Assembly: GCA_963785725.1 (NCBI GenBank)
Contig: CAWAWS010000015.1
Span: forward strand, 382,794 to 446,793
From: an uncultured delta proteobacterium
GTDB lineage: Bacteria > Myxococcota_A > Polyangia > Palsa-1104
DNA: 64,000 bases
Direction of reading: 5' to 3'
The notes beneath the pieces were generated by a model. The model made no database searches. It saw only the letters and a list, made by a program, of their open reading frames with translations, and had not been told where the DNA came from. Below, piece after piece: positions 30,400 through 39,965 of the stretch. A program made the position numbers and the translations under genes. Position 1 is the first letter of the stretch; the number at the start of each line of letters is the position of its first letter.

Positions 30400-31602
30400 A
30401 TGGAGAATGTCCCGGCATACAAGGCCAGCTTCCGTGATCTGCCCGCCGACGAGCAGATCCGCTTGGCCTACGAGCACCTCGAGAACCTGCGTCAGGTCAA
30501 CGCCGGTTACATCGCGTCACCTTACTCGGGCGAGGCCGGCTATGACCGCTACGACGTCTACTGGTTGCGCGACATCATGTACGCCACCTACGCCTCGGAA
30601 TATTTGGGGCTGTACGAGAAGGTCAAGCAGTCGTACGGGCTCGTGCTCACCGTCTTCGAGAAGTTCCACCACAAGATCATCCGCGGCCTGCGCAAGAAGC
30701 CGGACCTGGCGCGCGCCAAAGGCGCCGTCGTGCACGCGCGCGTCCATCCGACGACGCTCGAAGAGATCACCGACGAGTGGGGCCACCATCAGCTCGACAT
30801 CTTCGGCCTCTTCTTGTTCAAGACGGGCGACCTGCAGAAGCAGGGTTTTCGCGTCATTCGCTCCAACGAGCACGTGCAGGTCGTCAAAGACATCCTCTCG
30901 TATCTGTGGACCGCGCGTTGGGATTCCGAGCCCGACTACGGCATGTGGGAGGAGGGTCCCGAGCTGCACAGCTCGTCGATCGGCGCCGTCTTGGCCGGCC
31001 TGACGATGTGGCACGACCACGGCTACTACGATTACAAATACAAAAACCATATCGATATCTCGGAATTGATACCGGTTTCGGAGCGCTTTCTCGAGGACGG
31101 CGCGCGCGCTTTGTCGCGGATTTTGCCGCGCGAGTCGGAGTCGCGTCCGTACGACTTGGCGCAGCTCTCGTTATTGTGGCCGTACAACATCTTGAAGGAT
31201 CAGTTCGCGCTGCAGGAGGAGATCCTCGACAACATCGAGAAGCACCTCGTGCGCGCGCATGGCGTCGTCCGCTATCCCGGCGATCGCTACTTCAACTCGA
31301 ACCAGAACGAGCCGTTCGGCAACGAAGCGGAGTGGCCGATTGGCCTGGCGTGGCTGTCGATCGCCTACTCGAAGCTGGTGTTTCAGGCCGAGCGCACGGG
31401 CGCGCCGCGGGCGACGGTCGAGCGCTTCACCGAGCGCGCGCGCATGCATCTGCTGCACTTGGAAGAGGTGGCGACGCCGGACGGCCGCATCGCCGAGCTC
31501 TTCACCGGCGGCAAGGCCAATCACAACCTGCCGCTCGGGTGGGCGCAGTCGCTCTATGTCGTGGCCAAGCTGTCGCTGCGCCGGCTCAACGAGCTGAAGT
31601 AA
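30400..31602 (+). CDS. GH15-like (alpha/alpha)6 protein related to the phosphorylase kinase alpha/beta N-terminal domain
   Basis: WLRD, WGHHQLDIFGLFL, PDYGMWEEG, ELHSSSIG, GVVRYPGDRY, EAEWP, PLGWAQSL. Confidence 0.8.
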   Translation: MENVPAYKASFRDLPADEQIRLAYEHLENLRQVNAGYIASPYSGEAGYDRYDVYWLRDIMYATYASEYLGLYEKVKQSYGLVLTVFEKFHHKIIRGLRKKPDLARAKGAVVHARVHPTTLEEITDEWGHHQLDIFGLFLFKTGDLQKQGFRVIRSNEHVQVVKDILSYLWTARWDSEPDYGMWEEGPELHSSSIGAVLAGLTMWHDHGYYDYKYKNHIDISELIPVSERFLEDGARALSRILPRESESRPYDLAQLSLLWPYNILKDQFALQEEILDNIEKHLVRAHGVVRYPGDRYFNSNQNEPFGNEAEWPIGLAWLSIAYSKLVFQAERTGAPRATVERFTERARMHLLHLEEVATPDGRIAELFTGGKANHNLPLGWAQSLYVVAKLSLRRLNELK

Positions 31603-31636
31603 GCTTGTTTAGATAAGGTTGTTGCGATAGGAAGGC

Positions 31637-31666
31637 GACGCCGGCTCGACCGATGGGCCGAGCCGG
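31637..31666. terminator. Hairpin between convergent genes
   Basis: CGCCGGCTCG-10 nt-CGAGCCGGCG. Confidence 0.5.
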
Positions 31667-31676
31667 CGACGGGGAA

Positions 31677-32270
31677 TTACGGGCAGGTGATGCCGACCTG
31701 GGTCACGGCGACGGCGCAGAAGTGCAGGCCCGGCACCATCGCGCTCGAGCAGCAGCTGGTCTGCAGCGCGCCCAAGACCTTGACGCCGGTGCAGTCGGTG
31801 TTCTCGTGGCACAGGCGCGTCGTGATCGTGGAGAAGTCGCTCGCGGCCGAGAAGTCGCAGGTGCCCGTGCACATGGCGTTGCCGCCGTTCAGCGTCGGCG
31901 TGCCGCCGTCGGGGGTGAGGCCGGACAGGCTGAGCGTGGCGCAGCAATCGGGGCTGGCGCTGGCGCAGTCTTCGGGGCCGTCGCAGGTGAGCGTGGAGCC
32001 GGTCGTGCAGCTGGCGGCCGAGGCGACGCACATCTCGCCGGTGACGGCGTTGTTGGCGGTCGTGAGGCAGCAGTCTTGGCCGACGGGACAGGTGGCGCTG
32101 CCGCAGACGACGCCGTTGGGCACGCGCGGGCTCATGTCGGGGCCGATCGTCATGTCGGCGCTGGCGGCGCCGCTCATGTCCGCGCCGGTTTTGGTCGCGG
32201 TCGTGGTGTCGTCACCGCAGCCAGCGACGGAGAACAAAGCACAGGACAAAATTAGGATGGTCTGGCGCAT
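31677..32270 (-). CDS. Cys-rich lipoprotein
   Basis: Lipobox VAGC, low-complexity linker, CDGPEDC and CC motifs typical of myxobacterial Cys-rich proteins. Confidence 0.82.
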   Translation of the reverse strand: MRQTILILSCALFSVAGCGDDTTTATKTGADMSGAASADMTIGPDMSPRVPNGVVCGSATCPVGQDCCLTTANNAVTGEMCVASAASCTTGSTLTCDGPEDCASASPDCCATLSLSGLTPDGGTPTLNGGNAMCTGTCDFSAASDFSTITTRLCHENTDCTGVKVLGALQTSCCSSAMVPGLHFCAVAVTQVGITCP

Positions 32271-32393
32271 GGCGGCATCAGATCACGCGCCGTCGATCGC
32301 CGTCAAGCAGTCGCTTCGGCAGCGCCGATTAAGCAGAAGTTTAATGCTGGCGGATATTCGGCGTGCGGCCGGTACATGCCGGCCGCGGGCGGG

Positions 32394-33374
32394 CTATTTC
32401 TTGCGGCGCAGCAGCTGATTGCCGGGACCCCACGACAAGATGAGGCTGTCGGGGTCGGCGACGTGGCCTTGGTAGCTGTCGAGGCGGCGCAGCGCGTTGT
32501 CGCACGGGCTGCGCATGGCGCGATAGTCGGTCTCGGTCAGCGTCAGCTTGTCGCCGAAGCGCTGGCCGCTCACGTTGTAGCGCGTGGTCGTCTCGTAGCG
32601 CGGCTGGTTGTTGCAGCTGAAGCTGGAGCCGTCGCCGCGCATGCGCGCGACGGTGCGGTCGTAGTAGCCGCTGACGCCGTCGGCGGTCTCGGTGAGGTGC
32701 CACTCTTCGCGCTCGTTGCGCTCGTCGCCTTCGGCGTCGATCGACCGCAATTCCCAGATCCAGACGCCGGCCACGGGCAGCGCCGTCTCCGGCTGCATCG
32801 ACGCCTGGCGCACGTCGCCGCCGTCGCCGTTGGGCGCGGCCAGCGGCGTCGGGCCGGCGTCGCTGCGGCGCACCAGCGTCTGGCCGGCTTCGGGACCCCA
32901 GCGCAGCGACAACATCGGGCCGCGGATGACGCCGATGTACGCGACCAAGTTGCGCGCGCCGTCGTCGCAGGGGCCGGGCTTGGCTTCGAAGGCGACCTCG
33001 CGCAACGTCACGTGGTCGCCCTCGACTTGGCCGGCCACGCGCACGCGCGTCGACTTGGTGAAGCCGAGCCGCTGATTGCAGCGAAAGAGGCGCTCGTCGA
33101 CGGACATCATGGTGACCGCGCGATCGTAGTAGCCCTCGACGCGCTGGCCTTTTTGCACGAGGTGCCACTCCTCCTGCTCGACGCGCATGTCGCCTTGGTC
33201 GTCGGTGGAGCGGAACATCCAGTCCCAGACGCCGCTCGTGTCGGTGCCGTCGGGGAGGGCCACGCTCAACGCGCGACTGGTCGCGGCTCGGCTGGCGGTC
33301 CGTCGCGGCGAGACGGCGGCGCAGCCGGCCCAACACAGGGCGAGCGAGGCGACGGCCATGAGGTGACGCTGCAT
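32394..33374 (-). CDS. Lipoprotein with two tandem homologous beta domains
   Basis: GGAGGAGG SD before ATG 33374; lipobox WAGC; duplicated GVW.W..RS.D..GD.R.E.EEWHL...GYYDR...F.CN...PCD...WGP. Confidence 0.85.
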   Translation of the reverse strand: MQRHLMAVASLALCWAGCAAVSPRRTASRAATSRALSVALPDGTDTSGVWDWMFRSTDDQGDMRVEQEEWHLVQKGQRVEGYYDRAVTMMSVDERLFRCNQRLGFTKSTRVRVAGQVEGDHVTLREVAFEAKPGPCDDGARNLVAYIGVIRGPMLSLRWGPEAGQTLVRRSDAGPTPLAAPNGDGGDVRQASMQPETALPVAGVWIWELRSIDAEGDERNEREEWHLTETADGVSGYYDRTVARMRGDGSSFSCNNQPRYETTTRYNVSGQRFGDKLTLTETDYRAMRSPCDNALRRLDSYQGHVADPDSLILSWGPGNQLLRRKK

Positions 33375-33470
33375 CCGAACCTCCTCCAAGACTCGTAAAA
33401 TATGCGACCTCGCTTTCATCATATCGCGATCAACATGCAGCCGCATGTCGAAATCGGCCGCATACAGCGG

Positions 33471-34103
33471 TCACCGGTTGCGCACCATCAACGACAGCTT
33501 GCGATACCAAGGCAGCGCGTACCACGCCGCAAGCTGCTGAAAGGACGTCTCGTCGTACAGATGCAGCGGGCCGATGTCGCCGCTGAAGCGGGCCACGAGC
33601 GACTGCTCGCGCAGGCCGCCCCAGCCGCCGCCGAGGTCGCTGTCGGGCACGAGCTGGGCGCGACCGAGCACGTAGACGGGATCGCCGACCGCGAGCGTGC
33701 GCACGAACGCCGTCAGCGACGCGGGCGGCGGGCGCTCGGCGTTCAGCGCGTGCTCGACGAAGGGCGCGCCCAGGTGCAGCTCGACGTCGGGATGCAGGCG
33801 GCCTTGCGCGTCGGCGATGCGCGCCAGAGCCGGCGTGGCGCTGCCGTCGCTGAAGTAGAAGTCGCGGCCGAGCTCGAGCGTCAACAGACGCGGACGCGAC
33901 AAGGGCGCCAGCTCCTCGACGTCGACGCGCGCGAGCACGGCGCTCGTCGCCGGCAGGTCGAACGGCAGCTCCACCGAGTGCGTGCCGAGCGGCGTCTGCG
34001 CCAACACCTGCCCGCGCACGAGATGCAGGTGGTGCGTGCTGCGCTGGAGCTCGGCGATGGGTTCGGGCGGCTTCGTGAAGCGGCGCGTGTGCAGGAGCGA
34101 CAC
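33471..34103 (-). CDS. Hypothetical protein
   Basis: Protein-like 3' part of ORF 33471..35132; GTG 34103 with TGnTACCGT 7 nt upstream; RTLAVGDPVYVLGRA motif. Confidence 0.6.
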   Translation of the reverse strand: MSLLHTRRFTKPPEPIAELQRSTHHLHLVRGQVLAQTPLGTHSVELPFDLPATSAVLARVDVEELAPLSRPRLLTLELGRDFYFSDGSATPALARIADAQGRLHPDVELHLGAPFVEHALNAERPPPASLTAFVRTLAVGDPVYVLGRAQLVPDSDLGGGWGGLREQSLVARFSGDIGPLHLYDETSFQQLAAWYALPWYRKLSLMVRNR

Positions 34104-34168
34104 GCGGTTGACGGTAGCACGCGGCGACGGGCCGCGCCGGTGACTGCCGTCAATCGTCGGCCGCGCGG

Positions 34169-36082
34169 CTACTTCTTTTCGCCGAAGAGGTCGAGCTTGA
34201 GCAGCGTCTCTTTGTCGGGCGAGATGACGAGCTTGCGCTTGGCCACGACGCCGAGATCGCCGTTCTTGAGCGCGATGGCGTGCGCGCCTTCGCCGAGCTC
34301 GATGGGCGCAAGCGGCGTCGTGCCCACCACCTTGCCGTCGATGGTGACCTCGGCCCACGGCGTCACGGCGACGCGCAGGTGGCCGTGACCGCGCGCCACC
34401 GCTCGCGTCTGCAGCTCGCGCGGGCGCAAGTCGACCTCGAGCGTGCGCGGAAACGCCAGCGTCGTCGCCGAGACGATGACGCGGTGATGCCCGGGCGACA
34501 GATGCAGCGCGCCGTCGATGCCGGCGCGTTCGGTGCGGCCGTCGACGACGAACGTCGGCTGCCCGTCGACCTGCACGCGCAGGATGGCGTCGTTGGCCGC
34601 GCTCATCGTCACCGCCGCCGGCACGAGCGACGGCTCCATCGACGGCGACGACGACGGCGACGGCCGCGCCACCGCTTGGCCTTGCGGCCGCGGCGCCGGC
34701 TGACCCGCGGACGGCGCCGCGCCACGCGTGCTCGCGGTCGGCGGCGGCGCGGTCTGCTCGACCGGCGTCGGCGAATGCGCCGTCGTCCTGCCGTGCGTGG
34801 CGCGACCGACGCAGGTGCCGAGCTGCGTCGCCGTGAGGAGCAGCACGCCCATGCCGACGACGCCGAGCGCCGCGCGCGCCGCCAGCCGCCGCTGCCGATC
34901 GCGCGCCGAGTCGAGCTCGGTGAGCTGCAGCGCCGGCACCGCTTTCGGATGGCGCAGCTCGATCACCAGCTCCGACGAATCCTCGATCGCCACCGACGAC
35001 GGCGTGTCCGCGCTCGTCACCGACGTCCCCGACGCCGCCGCCAACAGCGGGCGCGAGCCGGTGTCGGGCGCGTTGAGCCGCGCGCTGCCTTGCGACGGCG
35101 TCTGCTCGTGAACCGGCTCGTCCGACGGGCACAGCTCGGCCAACAGCTCGGCCACCGCGCGCGCCGACGCGTCGATGCCCTCGGCTTCGGCCACCGCTTC
35201 AATCGAATCGGCCAGCGCCTCGGCCGACGGCAGCCGCCGCTCGCGATCGCGCTGCAGCGCGCGCAACGCCACCGCGCCCAAGCCCGGCGGCACGCCCGGC
35301 CGCACCAGCTCGGGCGGCGGAATGTCGAGCGTCAGCACGCGATTGAGCGTCTCGGCGTCGTTGGCGCCGCGAAACAGCGGCCTCAGCGTCAGGAGCTCGT
35401 AGAGCACGATGCCGAGCGCGAACACGTCGACGCGCCGGTCGATCGTCTCGCCGCGAATCTGCTCCGGCGCCAAATAGGCGAACTTGCCCTTGATGGTGCC
35501 GGTGCGCGTCTGGTGCAGCTGCGACGCCGCCTTGGCGATGCCGAAGTCGAGCACTTTGGTCGTCCCGTCGACGCACAAGAACAGGTTGTGCGGCGTGACG
35601 TCGCGGTGCACGACGTTGAGCGGCTGCCCCTCGTTGTCGACGGCGATGTGCGCGTGATGCAGCCCGCGCGCGGCGTCGGCGACGATGCGCACCGCCGCGC
35701 CCAGCGGCAACTCGACCTTGGCGCGCGCCGCCTGGCGCAACAGCTCGATGGCCGGCTGACCGCGCAAATATTCGAGCGCGATGTAACAAGACTCGCCGAC
35801 CTGACCGGCTTCCAGCGTCTCGACGAGGTTGGGATGACGCAGCCGCTGACCGAGGCGACCTTCGTGGATGAAGAACTGCACGAACTCGGGGTTGGCGGCG
35901 TAATGCGGCAAAATCCGTTTGATGACGACCGGTTGGTGCAGCCGGACGTCTTCGGCCAACAGAATCTGCGCCATGCCGCCGAAGGCCAGCGTGCGCAGGA
36001 TGCGATAGCGGCCAAACTCGTCCGGCAACGCGCCCGGCGCCGTTCGCTCCCCGCCCACTACTTCATTGTTCGGCAGTCCCAT
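34169..36082 (-). CDS. Membrane Ser/Thr protein kinase with C-terminal PEGA domains
   Basis: FGGMAQI, VIKRI, HRDVTPHN, DFGIAK, GKFAYLAPE, TM segment, PWAEVTIDG..GTTP. Confidence 0.93.
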   Translation of the reverse strand: MGLPNNEVVGGERTAPGALPDEFGRYRILRTLAFGGMAQILLAEDVRLHQPVVIKRILPHYAANPEFVQFFIHEGRLGQRLRHPNLVETLEAGQVGESCYIALEYLRGQPAIELLRQAARAKVELPLGAAVRIVADAARGLHHAHIAVDNEGQPLNVVHRDVTPHNLFLCVDGTTKVLDFGIAKAASQLHQTRTGTIKGKFAYLAPEQIRGETIDRRVDVFALGIVLYELLTLRPLFRGANDAETLNRVLTLDIPPPELVRPGVPPGLGAVALRALQRDRERRLPSAEALADSIEAVAEAEGIDASARAVAELLAELCPSDEPVHEQTPSQGSARLNAPDTGSRPLLAAASGTSVTSADTPSSVAIEDSSELVIELRHPKAVPALQLTELDSARDRQRRLAARAALGVVGMGVLLLTATQLGTCVGRATHGRTTAHSPTPVEQTAPPPTASTRGAAPSAGQPAPRPQGQAVARPSPSSSPSMEPSLVPAAVTMSAANDAILRVQVDGQPTFVVDGRTERAGIDGALHLSPGHHRVIVSATTLAFPRTLEVDLRPRELQTRAVARGHGHLRVAVTPWAEVTIDGKVVGTTPLAPIELGEGAHAIALKNGDLGVVAKRKLVISPDKETLLKLDLFGEKK

Positions 36083-36322
36083 TCGCGGTCCATTTTCTCA
36101 GTCCGAACAATGCTTCGCAACCGTTTTCCTGACAAAAATCAAGCACTTTCATGTATTAAACAATCGGTAAAACCGAATACAGAATAAAGCTTACGAGCCT
36201 ACGACATGGGCTTACGACGGCGCGCTTTGCGGATATGCGAGGCAAGCAAAACTAAACGGATGGCGACGTCGTGACGCGCGGGCGTGGCGTCGGGTGGTCG
36301 ACGTGGCTGCGGGTTGCGCGCG

Positions 36323-36387
36323 GCGCTTTCGGTAGCGGTAGGCCCGTCGCGCACGCCGGATTTGGCGCGCTTTCGGTAGCGGTAGGC
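36323..36387. repeat. Two exact 21-bp direct repeats separated by 23 bp
   Basis: GCGCTTTCGGTAGCGGTAGGC at 36323-36343 and 36367-36387. Confidence 0.9.
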
Positions 36388-36575
36388 TAAAAGCGCATGC
36401 CGCGTTTTGCGCGGAACATGAACCAATCCTTGGCGAGAAAACCGGCTGGAACGAGCAGGAGGGCGCCGAAAATAGGCGCGCCGGCGACAATGACCGCGCC
36501 GGCGCCAACCGTCGCAGCCGTCGCCAACAGGCCCTTTTTGCGCGCGGTTTCCTTGTCCTTGTCAGCGAGCGACAT
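36387..36575 (-). CDS. Small membrane protein (62 aa)
   Basis: AAGGAGG SD; hydrophobic hairpin followed by basic tail WFMFRAKRGMRF. Confidence 0.8.
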   Translation of the reverse strand: MSLADKDKETARKKGLLATAATVGAGAVIVAGAPIFGALLLVPAGFLAKDWFMFRAKRGMRF

Positions 36576-36647
36576 CTTTCGCCTCCTTCAGCTAAAAGCG
36601 TACGTTCGTTTGCTTGCCTACGCAATCGTCCCGGGTACGATCACGGC

Positions 36648-38171
36648 ATGCTTGCAGAGGAGAACACGCCGCCCCGGGGGCAACATTTCCCGCGGCCGGG
36701 CGCGACGCTGACGCGGACGCAGATTTTCGTGCCGCTGGGCGTCGCAATCGCGCTGGTGGCGGGCGGTTACGCGTGGTCGCTGCAGACGACGCGCACCGTC
36801 AGCGGCCTGCGCGCCGGCGGCCAGCCCATCGGCGACGTGGACTTCGCGGCGCTCGACGGCGCCATCGGCAAGATGGTCGACGGCTATCTCGACACCCGCA
36901 TCGTCTTGGCGTTCGGCAAGGACGAGCGCGTCGTCAAGCGGCGCGACCTCGGCTTCGTCGTCGACGCCGCCGCGACCAAGGAGCTCGTGGAGAAAGCGGG
37001 GCGCACCGGCGATCCGCTGGCCGATCTGTCGCTGCGGGCGCGGGCGCGGCGCGGCAAAGTCGATCTCGACGTTCCCGTCGACGTCGATCGCAATAAAGCG
37101 CTCGAATTTCTCACCGAGCTCAAGGACGACGTCGATCGCGCGCCGGTCGACGCGCGGCTCGACTTGGAGCGGCACACGATCGCGGCGGCGCAGCCGGGCT
37201 ATCTCCTGCGCGTCTACGACTCGATGGTCGCCGTCGAGTATGCGGCGCGGTCGGGCGCGTCGCGGGTCGAGCTGTCGTCGGGATTGAGCCCGGCCAAAGT
37301 CAAAGAAGAGGACTTACAGGGCATCGACATCTCGACGGTGCTCGGCTATTGGGAGACGAAGTACACGTCGACGGGCGTCGACTCCGATCGCACCTACAAC
37401 TTGAAGGTCGGCGCCGATCACTTGAACGGCCACATCTTGAAGCCGCACGAGGTCTTCAGCTTCAACGACGTCGTCGGCGATCGCACCGAAAAAGAGGGGT
37501 ATCGCGTGGCGCCGGTGATCTCGGGCGGCGAGCTCATCGACGGCTTGGCCGGCGGCATGTGTCAGATCGCGTCGACCTTGCACGCGGCCTCGTTCTTCGC
37601 CGGGCTCGACATCGTGTCGTCGACGCCGCACTCGCGGCCGAGCGCCTACATTCCGATGGGGCTCGACTCGACGGTCGTGTATCCGACGACGGACCTGAAG
37701 CTGCGTAATCCGTACGATTTCCCGGTCGTCATGCATTACTCGGTGAATCAAGGCGCGGTGAAGGTGGAGCTGCTCGGCAAAGAGCGGCCGTACAAGGTCA
37801 TCTTCGAGCGCGAGATCAAGACGGAGACGGCGTTCGGCTCCGAGTCGCGCCACGATCCGGAGGCGCCGCCGTCGCAGCATTACGTCGCGCAGGAGGGCTA
37901 TCCCGGCTACACGCTGATTCGGCGCCGCTACATCTTCGACAAGGATGCGGTGCCGCGTTGGGTCGGGCCCGAGCTGCTCGCCGACATGATGCAAAAGCAG
38001 CACGCCAAGGCGGAGAAGAAGGAGCAGTGGGCGCTGCACTATCCGGCGACGACGCTGATTACGGCGTACGGGTCGGGGCCGTCGTCGCTGAAGCCGAAGG
38101 TGGCGCCGCCGTCGCACCATATTCCGCCGATTCCGCCGAGCGACAAGCCGATCTACAAGCTGCTGAAGTAA
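36648..38171 (+). CDS. VanW family protein with N-terminal TM anchor
   Basis: LNGHILKPHEVFSFNDVVG.RT..GY..APVI, GGMCQIASTL, HS...YIPMGLDSTV, DLKLRNPY. Confidence 0.9.
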   Translation: MLAEENTPPRGQHFPRPGATLTRTQIFVPLGVAIALVAGGYAWSLQTTRTVSGLRAGGQPIGDVDFAALDGAIGKMVDGYLDTRIVLAFGKDERVVKRRDLGFVVDAAATKELVEKAGRTGDPLADLSLRARARRGKVDLDVPVDVDRNKALEFLTELKDDVDRAPVDARLDLERHTIAAAQPGYLLRVYDSMVAVEYAARSGASRVELSSGLSPAKVKEEDLQGIDISTVLGYWETKYTSTGVDSDRTYNLKVGADHLNGHILKPHEVFSFNDVVGDRTEKEGYRVAPVISGGELIDGLAGGMCQIASTLHAASFFAGLDIVSSTPHSRPSAYIPMGLDSTVVYPTTDLKLRNPYDFPVVMHYSVNQGAVKVELLGKERPYKVIFEREIKTETAFGSESRHDPEAPPSQHYVAQEGYPGYTLIRRRYIFDKDAVPRWVGPELLADMMQKQHAKAEKKEQWALHYPATTLITAYGSGPSSLKPKVAPPSHHIPPIPPSDKPIYKLLK

Positions 38172-38191
38172 ATAAGCTTATATACGCAAGT

Positions 38192-39859
38192 TTAGATGCG
38201 GCGCAGCTCGGCGACGGTGGCGGCGGTCTCGCTGGCGCGCCGTTCGTCTTGCGCCAGCGATTCGGCGACGAGCGCGGCCAGCTCGGCGCGGCCGCGCGGC
38301 TCGTCGCGCAGCCGGCGTAGCTGCTCGCGCAGCGCGGCGGCGGAGGCGACGCGCGCGTTCGGGTCGGCGGCGAGCGCGCCGCCGATGACGTCGCCGAGCG
38401 GACCGCCGAGCGCGACGGCGCGCTGGCGCGGCAGCGGCGTGCCCGCCAAGAGCTGACGCATGATCGACACCTCGGACTCGCCTTCCCAGGGCGGCCGGCC
38501 GCTGGCCAGCTCGTAGAGCACGACGCCGAGCGCCCACAAGTCGACGCGCTGATCGTAGCCATGGCCGTCGCGCAGCTGCTCGGGCGCCATGTACGAGAGC
38601 TTGCCCTTCATCATGCCGGTCGCCGTTTCGCTCTTGCGGTCGGTGCAGCGGGCAATGCCGAAGTCGGTGAGCTTCACGTGGCCGTGGCGGTCGACGAGGA
38701 TGTTCTGCGGCGAGACGTCGCGATGGACGATGTCGAGCGGCCGTTCGTCGTCGCCGGCGAGCTGATGCGCGTGCGCCAGCGCGTCGGCGACTTGCAGGCC
38801 GACCTCGACGGCGGCCGCGGCGTCGATGGGCCGCTGTTGGCTGCGCGCGACGCGCAGCATGCGCGACAAGGGCGCGCCGTCGACGAGCTCCATCGCCAAG
38901 TAGAGCTCGCCCGCCGACTCGCCGGCTTCGATGAGCGTGACGATGTGCGGATGACGCAGCCTGGCCACGAGCCGCGCTTCGTCGAGGAACATGCGCACGA
39001 AGTGCGGATCTTCGGCCATCTCCGGGCGCAGCCGCTTCAACGCCACGTGCTGGACGACGTGGGCGAGCCGCTCGTGGCCGCCTCTGCGCGCGAGGAAGAC
39101 GTCGGCCATGCCGCCGCCGCCGAGGCGCCGCTCGAGCTGATAGCGGCCCAAGTGGTTGCCGAGCTGGCTCAGCGTGCGGAAGCGCTCGGCGAGCACGAAG
39201 GGGCCGGCCATGCCGGCGAGCGCCGCGAAGTAGCCGCCGAGCGGCAGCATCGGGTTGACGCCGAGCCCGATGAGCAGCTCGTGCAGCCCGATGAAGGGAA
39301 TGCAGAGCACGGGCACGGCGATGATGCGGCGCTCGAGCGCGCGCTCGCCGTCGCGGGTGAGGAGCGCGACCTGCAGCACGAAGCTCAGGCAGGCGTAGAT
39401 CATGCACAGGGCGAAGGCCCAGGCGGGGAGGGCCATGACGGCCGAGTGGACGCCGTGAACCGACAGCGGGACCAAGCGTTCGTCGTCGAAGAGGCCGCCC
39501 AAGATGCAGGCGATGACGACCGCGCAGAAGCCGCCGTAAGCGAGGACGGCGACGGCGTGGCGGCGCTGCCCGCGCGGCGAGAAGACGCCGGCCGCATATT
39601 GCGCGTGAAAGCCGACGCAGCTGAAGAAGACGAGGATGCCGATGAGCGCGAGGTAGAGGCGCGCGCGCAAAATCGTCGGCTCGTAGGCGAGCGTCATCTC
39701 CGCCAGCGCCGTCGCCGCCGTGAGCGCGAAGGTCAAGGAGTACCACCAATCGGCGCGCGAACGGGGCAGGCGCAGGGCCGAAACGGCGAAGGCGAAGCCG
39801 ATCATCAGCGACGCCGCCGCGACGACGAGGTGGCCGTAGATGTAGATCGACGCGAACAT
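38192..39859 (-). CDS. Multi-TM (about 7) sensor Ser/Thr protein kinase
   Basis: Hydrophobic N-terminal 230 aa; GGGGMADV, ALKRL, HRDVSPQN, DFGIA, GKLSYMAPE. Confidence 0.92.
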   Translation of the reverse strand: MFASIYIYGHLVVAAASLMIGFAFAVSALRLPRSRADWWYSLTFALTAATALAEMTLAYEPTILRARLYLALIGILVFFSCVGFHAQYAAGVFSPRGQRRHAVAVLAYGGFCAVVIACILGGLFDDERLVPLSVHGVHSAVMALPAWAFALCMIYACLSFVLQVALLTRDGERALERRIIAVPVLCIPFIGLHELLIGLGVNPMLPLGGYFAALAGMAGPFVLAERFRTLSQLGNHLGRYQLERRLGGGGMADVFLARRGGHERLAHVVQHVALKRLRPEMAEDPHFVRMFLDEARLVARLRHPHIVTLIEAGESAGELYLAMELVDGAPLSRMLRVARSQQRPIDAAAAVEVGLQVADALAHAHQLAGDDERPLDIVHRDVSPQNILVDRHGHVKLTDFGIARCTDRKSETATGMMKGKLSYMAPEQLRDGHGYDQRVDLWALGVVLYELASGRPPWEGESEVSIMRQLLAGTPLPRQRAVALGGPLGDVIGGALAADPNARVASAAALREQLRRLRDEPRGRAELAALVAESLAQDERRASETAATVAELRRI

Positions 39860-39965
39860 TTACCGCGCGATCATTGTACCGGAACTGTCGCGAGCGCGGG
39901 GTGACGCTTACTGCGGTGGCGCGGGGCTTTCTTTCGTCGTCGTCGCTGCGTAAGATTCCGAGCAC

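Noticed and set aside
36323..36387. Mini-CRISPR array
   Set aside because: Only two repeats of 21 bp with a 23-bp spacer, and no cas genes in the window.
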